64,000 bases of DNA, taken from Monocercomonoides exilis PA203 (Eukaryota > Protista > Preaxostyla). The stretch's first letter is position 1, and every line of letters begins with the position of its first letter. The position numbers and the translations under genes are program-made. Where the stretch lies: assembly GCA_001643675.2 (NCBI GenBank), contig LSRY02000004.1, forward strand, positions 744,001-808,000, in the 5' to 3' direction. Under the pieces are notes generated by a model that was given only the letters and a program-made list of their open reading frames with translations, did no database searches and was not told the DNA's origin. Below are positions 23,149 through 33,723 of the stretch, piece by piece.

Positions 23149-24547
23149 ATGCAAAATCTTAATGAAATGGAATATCGGCCTTATGGAAAATTCTTGAATT
23201 TATGCATGCCAATTGAAAGTACAATAGAGAATCATGTTCTAATTGAAAATCCAAATAGACTAAAAGATGTTATGTTAAAATTGAAAAGTGCATTATTTTA
23301 CAGAGTTTCTGAAACAGGTGATTTTGATTTTCGTAACTCAATTATAATTTATTTCTTTCAGGTGCATATCTATTTTTGTACATTAGTTGCACAGATGAAC
23401 AGCGTAAAAGTTCATTTTCAATATCTATTCGTTGCTTGGGTTTTTGCTTTCAAACAATTTTTGAAGGAGATCAGCTTCAAAAGTTGATTTATGAATGGGA
23501 CTTTTTCCATGTTGCTCCATGTTCCGAAAGTGAAGATCAAATTTTAAAATACCGTGTTGAAGGAAATGATATCTATCAAAAATCTTTTTTAGAAAACCGT
23601 TTATTTGAGCTTAATGTTCCGAAAGATACGAATTCAAGTTCTGCTTTTCAATATTTGCCTGTTGGATTTCTTCAAATTTTAACAAAAATCCAGAAGTCAT
23701 CTCAAAAGAATTGTGATAATATTTCCTCATCAAAGCTACAATTTTTAGTTTCGATAAAGCCAATTGTTGCTGGAATATGCGTTAGTTGGTCAATGCATCC
23801 ATGCTATTGCTTCTCAAAGACAAAAAGGCCATGCAAAGTATGAAATATCGATGTTTTTAAACAATATTGTAGTTACATTGTTTGTTGATAATTTTTAATT
23901 TTGCTTAAACACATTTTTTTAAAATGACATGTTTTTCATAAAAATTGTTTCATTTTCGCAAATTTTCGCTAAACTTACAGAAATGCCTGTCTTTTTGTTG
24001 CAATGAATGCAATTGTTTTACGATTTTGAGAGCTTCCCATTATCTTCACGGTGTGAAAAGCATTTTAACGGAACAGAAATCTGACAAATATTCCGATCCA
24101 TCGTTTTCAGAAACATCATCCTCATCATCTTCAATAAATGAATCTTTTGGTATATCTCCATATACTTCCTCTTCTTCCTCAGTTTCAGCTTCTAATTTTG
24201 CTGCTGCATCCACTTCTTCTCTTTCATTTCTTTCACCATCTCCAAATCCATATCCAAGTTTTTCCCCAATTCTCTCTCCAAATCCTTCACCTTCTCCTAT
24301 ATCAGAAAGTTCAAAGAAAATATCAAAATTTGCTCCTTCATATTTTCAAGTGAGATTTTTTGTTGAACTTCAGCAACAAAGACAAGTTGAATTGAACATT
24401 GATGAATGCAATTGTCCTATTGAGCTTACAAAATCTTTACAATTGTTTTCTTCATCTTCTTCATTATATTTATTAGATTCTCCGCTTTCAATCTCTCAAA
24501 GTCAATCAGCCACTAAATTAAAATTTCGTCCAATTCTTGAAGAGTGA
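23149..24547 (+). CDS. Hypothetical protein, 3 exons, with a Cys-rich cluster and a Ser/Pro-rich region
   Basis: Three successive ORFs join in frame through two GT-AG introns (~23318-23361 and ~23838-23980), giving HPCYCFSKTKRPCKKCLSFCCNECNC. Confidence 0.65.
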
Positions 24548-24769
24548 AAATAATAAATTTTGATGGAGTTGTTGAACTAAAGTTGGTTTGTTTGCTCTTT
24601 TCAATATATCGAAATTTGAAAATATTTTTAATTCTTCGAATGAAATAAACTCTTCAATTCGTGCATTTCATGTGAAACTCAACTGAATGAAATAAGTTCT
24701 TGCGAAAAATAGTGGATTTTTTTTTAAATGATTCTAAGGATAAGAAAATTTCAATCAAAAACTTTAAAA

Positions 24770-25430
24770 AAAATCACCAAAAGATACTTTTTCTATCATG
24801 ATGTCGATGAAGCTGTATTCAGCTCAGCTTTCTCCTTCTCCAGCACCAAACGGTTCCAAACAACCAAATTGCTCATTTCATCAGAAAATATCATTCATAT
24901 TAAGTGTTTCTTCTTCTTTCGCACAGACTGTCACATCATGAATAAGTGCATCAACGAAGTCTTCAATCTCCAATTGACACAATCTTTTTGTCAAGAACAT
25001 AACACAAAGGCATACAAGATATTTTGTTTCATTCATAATTGTGGTAATGATGGTGTCAAATGCTTCAGCGAATCTTCAATGAATTTTGCACAAACTTTTG
25101 TTTCTTTATTGAAAAGCTCCTTTTTGTGGCAAACAGCTTTGTTGATGTTTCCAAATATGTTAAAGCATTGATAATCTTTCCATTTATCGGAAAATTACTT
25201 TCTCTCGTTCTTATGTGGGGCAGAAAAACAACGGTGAGTGTTCCTTTGTTTTCTGTGAAAACTGTCGTGTTCATAATTTTACAAGTTCTTTTTCGGTCGG
25301 CCTCTCAGCACCTCCGAATATAGAAATTGATCATTTCTCCCTTTTTTCCATTGAACATTCTTTTCCTCCGAACTGGCAGTGACTCATTTTGATTAAAAAG
25401 TCATAACTGTTAAGGTTTCATTTCCATTGG
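24770..25430 (-). pseudogene. Possible decayed coding fragment (frameshifts and stops)
   Basis: Coding-like composition inside an otherwise AT-rich spacer. Short protein-like pieces in different frames (e.g. AFDTIITTIMNETKYLVCLCVMFLTKRLCQLEIEDFVDALIHDV) are broken by stops. Confidence 0.3.
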
Positions 25431-26024
25431 AGAATCTCACTATTTTCTGAATACAGTCAAAACAGGATATAATTGCGTGATTATTTTGGAGATTATGACT
25501 TTTTTTTCGGACAGTCGATAATCAAAAGGTTTTTCGTTATTTACAGAAAATTTTCATTCAAATGTTAAACATATCCGCAATAGTTTCAAAAGAGAACATC
25601 TGAAATGAACAAATGAAAAGGTTTTGCGTTTCAAACGAAAAAATTGAAAATGCAATTGAAAAATTGTTTTGTTTATGTTGAAATTTTTTGCGAAGTTTAT
25701 TTTCTGCAAATGTTTATTATAGGGGAACTCTAATTTTTCACAATTTTTAATCATAAACGGAAATAATATAGTATAAAAATCATTTATAAATTCATAATAA
25801 TTTGAGATAATCTAATTTTTTTGAAAAATAATTATTAAAGATTTTCAATATGTTTGGGATAGTTCAATAACTTTTCCTTTCTTTGAGTTCTAACTTTAAA
25901 AAGAAGAAAATGAATAAAACTATAAACAAGGCCTTTGCGACAGACCGACATTTTTTTCATTGCTCGACAAGTCGAATGACAAGAAAGTCAGGTTTAATTT
26001 TTATTTTTTTAAATTAATAAAATA

Positions 26025-26384
26025 CAGATATCGCATAAAATACCGGACAAGATCGATTTCACAATAACTGCAAGAGGAATAATTCTGACAATTTTCCTCA
26101 AAATATATCTCATTAATACAAACTCATTTGATACACAAAACTTTCAAAATAGCTTCATTGGTGCTCAGAAATATCAATTTTTGAAATTTCGGAGAAATAG
26201 AAATTTGAGCTTCTCCGAGATTTCAATCATTTATTTTTTTCTGAGCACCAATGAAGCTATTTTGAAAGTTTTGTGTATCAAATGAGTTTGTATTGATGAG
26301 AAATATTTTGAGGAAAATTGTCAGAATTATTCCTCTTGCAGTTATTGTGAAATCGATCTTGTCCGGTATTTTAAGCGATATCTG
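26025..26384. mobile_element. Foldback MITE-like element A: ~172-bp near-perfect inverted arms, 14-nt spacer, TA-flanked, CAG...CTG termini
   Basis: 26025-26196 is the reverse complement of 26211-26384, with a few mismatches mostly near the centre. TA at 26023-24 and 26385-86. Confidence 0.85.
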
Positions 26385-26519
26385 TATAATATTTTCAATA
26401 TTATCTGATCTTCAGCCAAAAACAAATTTTTCACAAAAAAAAAAATTTTTTTTTTAAGCACTCAATTTTTTTAATTTTGAATAAGAAGTTTACCAATTTC
26501 GAATTAGAAGTTTATTTAT

Positions 26520-27412
26520 TTTGAATAATACACCAAAGATTTTTCAAAATGAGAATTTTTGCAATCGAATTAATAAATTTGCAAACGAATTAATAAATTT
26601 TTCATTCTTAAAAAAATTTTTTTTCATTCAAATTAATAATTTTGGCGTTCGAAACGAAAATATTTTCTGTTTTCATTGGAATAAAAATAATTTGAAATTA
26701 TTTAAAAATTTTGTCAGAAAATGAAAAATATCAAAAAATTATATTTCGTGCAAGAAAGTTATAGCAATACAAAATTATTTCCGATTCAAAAGTTAAAAAA
26801 TTATTTACACAAAATTTCGTGAGAGAATGAACAAAATTTTGTTTGGTTTTGAACAATTATTATTTCGAATGCAAAAATTATTGTTTCGTTTGAAAAAAAT
26901 TATTAATTCGTTTGCAAAATTTCCATTTTGAATGTAAATTTTATTTTTTGAATGTTAAAATTCTCATTTTGAAAAATTTGGTGTATAGTTAGTGTTAATA
27001 ATGGTGGACACTTTCAATAACTGTGGACAGTCGCATTATCTCAACAACCATTGATAGTGGCATTTCGACAATTAACCCAATTATTCCCTCAATGAATATG
27101 AACTTATAAGACATACAGAAATGAACAACTTTCTCTGCAGAATTTTGAAAAAATCATTTTTAATTTTCGGAGAAACCCTAAGAAATAAAATTCACATAGT
27201 TTCTCCGAAAATTAAAAATGATTTTTTCAAAATTCTGCAGAGAAAGTTGTTCATTTCTGTATGTCTTATAAGTTCATATTCATTGAGGGAATAATTGGGT
27301 TAATTGTCGAAATGCCACTATCAATGGTTGTTGAGATAATGCGACTGTCCACAGTTATTGAAAGTGTCCACCATTATTAACACTAACTATAAATGGTGTA
27401 TTAGTAATTCAA
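26520..27412. mobile_element. Older degenerate foldback element C, interrupted by element B
   Basis: AATACACCAAAGATTTTTCAAAATGAGAATTTT (~26526-26560) mirrors AAAATTCTCATTTTGAAAAATTTGGTGTA (~26957-26985). TTTGCAAACGAATTAATAA mirrors TTATTAATTCGTTTGCAAA. AATAATTTTGGCGTTCGAAA mirrors TTTCGAATGCAAAAATTATT. The mirror resumes after 27391. Confidence 0.6.
26986..27389. mobile_element. Foldback MITE-like element B: 191-bp apparently perfect inverted arms, 22-nt spacer, TA-flanked
   Basis: 26986-27176 is the reverse complement of 27199-27389 with no mismatch seen by eye. TA at 26984-85 and 27390-91. Confidence 0.9.
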
Positions 27413-27618
27413 ATTTAAAGAAACGAGTTATTTCAACAATGAAGTGTACAGAATTTCAATTTCATAAAAGCAACACCTGAATTTGTTTTTCCAATATTTG
27501 TGAAAGAAAACTTAATTACTCATTCAATTTGTGAAAATCACATCTACCCTTTATTATAACTGTTCAACATAAAATTAAAAATCAACAGCTTTCGAACTGA
27601 AACAGTAATTTCAAATTT

Positions 27619-29787
27619 ATGAGCGAGGTGTGACACTTTTATAATTTCATTGATTCTTATTTTATTTCTCAAACTTTTTTACTGCGCAAAAATTTCAACA
27701 TCAAATGAACAATCCTCAAAGACAGAGGGTTCTTCCACTGATTCAATTAATCCAACACTTCAAAATTTAAATCAGAGCATTTATGAGCTTTTCAAAAAAT
27801 TGAATCAAACGCAAATATCTGAAATTTCAAGAAAGCATGTATTTGAGGATTTATTCGAACAGTTTCATGATGCTTTTTCAAAAATTCAAAAATCCGAACG
27901 AATCAAAAAGTTATGCATACAATACGATGGAGCCGTATTTCCAGAAGGAAGATATGCTCTAACTCCAAAGCAATTATCTGAAACCGAATTATGCTTCAAA
28001 ACCTTGAAGAACATTTTATTTAAAAGTGCAACAGTTCTATCTTGCATTGAGGATAATGATTTTATCGATAAAGCTGCTGACGTAATATTGGACATAGAAG
28101 ATAGTTTTCTTGAATGTGAAGAAGAATTTGTACAAATCGCTTTCATTTCTCAAAAATTCAAAATTCAATCATTTAAAACTGCTCAAAATACATCCATTAA
28201 TTCAAGCCAATGTAATGATCAATTAATTTCATGCTATTTTTATACACCAGAACTAGCTGCTTCTCTGATAAGTATTAACGGGGGGATGAAGAAATATATT
28301 GAAAAATGCACAATGGAAATTTTAGCATTCAAAGATTTTTATTTACCGAGTATAGAATGCTCAAGAAAAATAGATCCCAAGGGCACAAATTCAAGCCCTC
28401 AACTTACTGATCAAGATAAATGTATTTGCCAAAGAACTGACAACTTTCTTGAAGAAAAATGGATTAACAGAAGGCATACACGGATGTTAGCTCTTCACAG
28501 ATTAACGAGAGACGGAAGCTTTGATGACATGACTGAAGTTCGAATAACTCTTGTTGTCTTAGGAGCTTACAAAGTTGTTCTCGAATGCTTGGATAGTTGG
28601 AAATTGATAAAGAGAGACTTAGATTGCAATTCCAAAGAGATTGATTCAGGCTCAACTGGAGAACTTCGCAACAGCGAGGATGCGATGAAGGCGAACGAAG
28701 ATTCTCTAGGAAAAATCAAGAGTCATCTATTTTTAAGTCAATACCACTTGTCGAATGAAAACCTGAATTGGGTGATAAGCGTTCTTAGGTATGTTAATAC
28801 AACCGCTAGAACTTTGCACAACTTAGTTATGGGAGGGAAATATTCAGTTGCAGTTGATTCTGTCCATCCGCATCGAAAGGAGCTTTTGTCTTTGAATGCA
28901 ATTCAAAGGGTGTTTGAATTGCTAGAGTGGTGTATCTTTTTGATTGAGCGTTCTGACTTTTTCACAAAATCAGGAAGAGAACAAAAAACTATGTCATTTT
29001 GCAATAAAAGTGAGACTGCTACTATAAAAAGTGACAGCAAAAAAGAAATAAATGCAAAGGAAAAAGAATTTTTGGAATTAATATTCGATACAGCTTCATT
29101 TGCTGCATTTACTATCAGCTATCTTTACAACGCGCTTCCTCTTTCTCAATTCAATGAAGACGCAACAGCTCAATGCAGTCAATCATCTGCCTGCCCTTCA
29201 TCTTCCTCTTCTGCTTCTGAAAATTCGGTTGATCCATCACTTTGTGCATCAGAAACACCTTCAAAACAGCTCGTCTCTTTCATTGTCCGTCTTGTCTCTC
29301 TTCAGTCTTCATATCTTTATATGCGAAATGGATTGCTATCGCTTTGTGATTTAGCGGAACATCCTGGTTTGACCACTTTTTGAAGATATTATTGCCTTTT
29401 TAAAATATCTTATTTATCTTTTTCTTGATCACAGAAAATCATCCAATGCTTCTTGAACTTAATGTTCATCTAATCGCCATTTCTTTTCTAAGGTTTGAAT
29501 TTTAGAAGTTTAATTTGCAAAGCATGTTTCATACAAACAAATTTACAAAACCAATCTTTGTAATCATTTTCAGGAATGACTTTGACGAAGTTGTGATAAA
29601 TGCATTATCTCTTCTCACAGCTTTTCTCAAAGGAACTCAGGCAACTGCTCATATTGTAATCCCAGCCCTTGAACCATACATTTCTGTGATTAGTGCAATG
29701 ACCCAGCAAAAATCGGAAATATCAAAAAATGCTCTAATTCTATTGAATTTGTTTGAAAAAACAATGAATTCTTCAGAAATAATTTAG
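27619..29787 (+). CDS. Hypothetical helical (ARM-like) protein, about 4 exons with a probable 9-nt first coding exon
   Basis: ATG AGC GAG|gtgtga at 27619, then a long exon in the 577-aa ORF, then two more gtttga introns (~29367, ~29493). Stop TAG at 29787. Leu-rich amphipathic helices. Confidence 0.7.
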
Positions 29788-29973
29788 AAAAATTTGCGAT
29801 ATATGTTAATCTTTAAAGAAATACTTAATTTTAAAAAGCATTATAATGTTGGATGTTTTCGTTATCATTTCTATTTTTTTTTTCAAATTTAAAAAAATTT
29901 TTAATCGTTAAAAAAAGGAGAATACACCTTAATTTTTTTTCTTTTATAAATTGATATTTGAACTTCAAGTCCA

Positions 29974-30827
29974 ATGGCAATCTTTATCAGTTTGATTTTG
30001 ATTGAATTAGTTTTACAATTTACTAACTTAGATTCTTTTTGTGTTTGAAGCCGAATTCGCTCTCAGACATTTTGGAGGTGGAAAAAAAACGAAAAAAATA
30101 CAAATTCCTTGTTCCCCGGAAGATTTTGCTGTATGTCGCTGAACATTTTATTTAATTGATTAATGTTTGTGATTAATTGCTGTTTATGTGGCAGTCATTT
30201 TCAAATTCATGTTATAATCCTGAAAAACTTGTAAATGGATATGCGCCATTTTGCAAGCATTTGTACATCCCAAACAAATGGGGAATTCTAAATAACATTT
30301 TGCCTCTAACATCTGATTTACTTCCACACGTTCGGTTTGAAACATATTTTTTCAAAGAAAAAATGAATTTATTTATTTTCTCTTTTTTTCATAAAAAACG
30401 AAAAATTGTAGTTCTGGATATATTCGAAGAACCCCAGCGGAACTTCCTGTACTTACCCGTTGGCTTCCAAGAGAAGTTGGAGAATCGTTGATGAAACCCT
30501 CCAAGTTTATTGATGTGATTCTCTACTCTTCCGAACAATGTAAAAAGGAAGGTGAAAATGTTCCGGATGGCGGAATGTGGGGGGTAGTTGGCTTAATTCC
30601 ATGCGACGAAGAAGTAGAATATCCAATGGCCCCAATTACAGCAATGAGAAATGCTCTAGGCACGATTTCTTCTTTTTTTTAAAAGAATTTCACAGTTTTC
30701 TTTTGCATGTCAACATTTAATTTTAGGAATTGCCGAAGGGGGAAGCGGAGTTCCAATTGATAGAGAAGCGTATGAAAAATCTGTGGCATTTTGGGATACA
30801 CATATAGCTGTTGAAGACGGAGAATAA
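29974..30827 (+). CDS. DUF3228 family protein (flagellar-associated-protein-like), 5 exons
   Basis: Spliced EFALRHF, LVNGYAPFCKHLYIPN, RSGYIRRTPAELPVLTRW, DVILYSSEQ and PMAPITAMRNALGIAEGGSGVPIDREAYEKSVAFW are DUF3228 hallmarks. Confidence 0.9.
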
Positions 30828-31048
30828 ATGCCTTCAAATAATGAACAGAGATTTTATCACAGATAATTCTTTAAAAACTTTTTGAAATGAGTGACATTTT
30901 GTAAAAATTTTAAACAAAAACAAAAACAAAGCAAGAAGATCGTTGATAAAAAGTTTTCTTCTTCTCAGAAAACGTGAAATTAAAGTGCTCAATTTCCATA
31001 AATAAAAATGAATATAACATTGTAACAATTTTTTATCCTTTCGAAAAT

Positions 31049-32265
31049 TCAGCTTGAATCTAATAATCTTAAAGCAGACGAGCTTAACTTTTCGACTGCA
31101 TGCGAAGAAGGTGTTGATGAAGAAGATAAAGATGAAGAAGCTTGACATAATGGAACTATTATATATTTCATTTGAAGAAGAGGCTTATATTCACTCTCTT
31201 CATTCAACCAACTGGATATCATGTCAAAGGAATCATCAGCATCTCCTTCCCTTTTCTCGAGTTTTTCTTTTTCAAGCATTTTTTTGACCCAGCTCATTCG
31301 TTTGTCCAAGTCAAGCTGTCTTTTTTTGCGAATTTCTTCTTTCTCTCTTCTCTTTTGTTCAACAATTTGAATGGCATCTTTTGTCTCTTCACTAACAACA
31401 AGACATTCAATTCCTTCTATTTCTCCTCCAACAGGTCCAACAGGATCAAACAGTTGTGAAACTTCCACGTGAAGTGAAGGAGCTATCTGATATACAAACC
31501 TGATGATTCTTTCTCTTCTCATTGAATACGGTTGCAACAATGAAGCGTTTTGCTTTTTCTGTAGTAATGCGGGGCCTGACAAGCCGATATGCAGATGATC
31601 TCGTGCAACAAATGCACTAATTGTAAGTAGAAGGAAATGCCCTTTGAAGAAAACATTAATTTTAAAAAAAAAGTGGAAAATTTTTTGTTTATCAAACCTG
31701 GATGAAGACGATCGAAAGTTCCACCAACAGCAACATATGAAAACATTCTGTACGGATATTCGGATTGTTCACTCTTTGTCTTTTTATCTTTCTTTAGAGA
31801 CTTAATAATAGCATCATCACAAGGGGCTAAGCTCAAGCTATTCATGATTTGAGCTTCGTTTTCAAGAAAATTTGGTGCAGAATCGTGTTCTATGAGTTCG
31901 CTTATAGTTTTGAGAGAAACATTAGACAGCCCTCGAGCTTTACGTCTTTGATTTATTTCAGATAAATCAAAAGATGAATGCTGCGTCAAAATTGTTCGAA
32001 TTGATGAAATACGTAAAAGAGGATGCTCTTCATTACAAAAGCAAATAAAAACTTCAATGTATCGATTTTCTTCAAAGAATACGGAATAAATTTGATTAAG
32101 AATGTTTGAAATAGAACAAAGAGTGTGCTCAAAATATGGACCATCAAGATACATCACAATCTCATTTGAAATATCACAGCATTTTGCAATATTACGCAAA
32201 AAAACAACTTCTTCGACATTAAATATTGAATTTGGCTTTGGCAAAGTAATTTGAGCGAAAAACAT
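31049..32265 (-). CDS. Phosphopantetheine adenylyltransferase (eukaryotic Cab4/COASY-PPAT type), 2 exons
   Basis: VAVGGTFDRLHPG|HFLLL (HxGH motif split by intron 31642-31697), LLQKK, L.DPVGP, and LVVSEET. Confidence 0.9.
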
Positions 32266-33309
32266 AAAAACTCTTCAAATGGTATTCTATTATGGTTATT
32301 CAAAATTTCTTTCTTTCCATTAACAAAAACGCTTCGAAAATGATAAATGTTTTCCTTCTATTATTTCAAATGCTTATGGTAATGCTTTTTTATTAAAGAT
32401 TAAGAAAAATATCGTTTAAAAATACATTTTTATGCGAATAACTAAAATGTCTTCGAGAAAAGCCAAATATTTGACTTTATAAAGATTGATTTTACATGTT
32501 TTTATTGGTTAAAAAGAAGATTTGAAAACCAAAAACTCCCGGAAAAACAAACCAAATCAAAAGCAGAAGCATTAAAAAAAAAAGAGGGAGCGAAAAACAA
32601 TTGAAGTTATAACTATGATGTTACCACAGTTTGCTTTCAAGCATCAAAAAGAAATGTTCAATATAATTTTCATAAAATGCTCAATAAAAACAATAAGAAA
32701 CATTGCATATGACCGATTTCTCAATAAAATAATTTTAGAGAAAAACAAATTGAGACAAAATGAATTAAAAAAATTTGAAATTTGAAATGTGGTTTTTTTT
32801 TAAAATAAAAAGGCTATCAAAGAACAATCATACATAAATACACCAAGGCAAAGGATCAAATGAATAAAAAATAAAAATAATTGAAAGGTTTTTATACTGT
32901 TGTATTTGTAAAACCATCTCAAGTGGTAGCTTCTAAAAATAATCAATTCACACATCAAAATGGGTTCAAGTGAAAAAAAATTAAAAATTAAATAGAAAAG
33001 AAAGAACAGAAAGAAAAGAAAATAATTTCAACAATTAGAAAATTAGAAAAAGACATTTATTCCTAAATGGTTGATATAATCCAAAGACGCAAGCCAAAAA
33101 TGAAAAAATGAAAAAAGGAAATAAAAACAAACAGAAATAAAAACAAAAAATTATCAATAACAAAATACCAACAATAAAATGAAATATTTTATTGAAGTAT
33201 AAAATAAAGCACCATAATAAAATAAAATAAAAATAAAATAAAAATAAAAATTATATAAACAACAAAAAAAATAAAACAAGACATAATTCATTCATCCATC
33301 ATGTATCTC

Positions 33310-33429
33310 TCATGAATGGTGCTGGATGCGAGCAGCCAATGACATATGCTCTTTGCCTCTCCTTCGCGTGGTGTGGGCAACTGAATGTGCAGGCGATGAG
33401 GAAGAAGAAGAAGAGGAGGAAGTAGAGGA

Positions 33430-33468
<39 letters not shown>

Positions 33469-33692
33469 AGAGGGAAAATGCAAGTTGCTGCTGAGAGGAA
33501 GGGGGAGAACAGAAGGAGAAGGAGAACGGCGTGTTGTGCTGTGCTGAGAAGAAGCGGAGAAATAAGAAGAAGAAGAAGAAGTTGGGTTTGAATTAGAATT
33601 CGAAGTATTAGAAGAAGAAAAGATAGAAGAAGAGGAAGAGGAAGAAGAAGAAGAAGGTGTGGTTGCAGTGGGACGAGCAGAATCTGGCTGTG

Positions 33693-33723
<31 letters not shown>

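Noticed and set aside
26023-27391. CRISPR array or prokaryotic terminators
   Set aside because: The context is eukaryotic, the repeats are long inverted arms rather than spaced direct repeats, and no cas genes are present.
30021-30031. TACTAAC followed by TTAG as the acceptor of DUF3228 intron 1
   Set aside because: Using this AG shifts the frame by 19 nt and hits a stop. The downstream GAAG (30050) restores EFALRHF.
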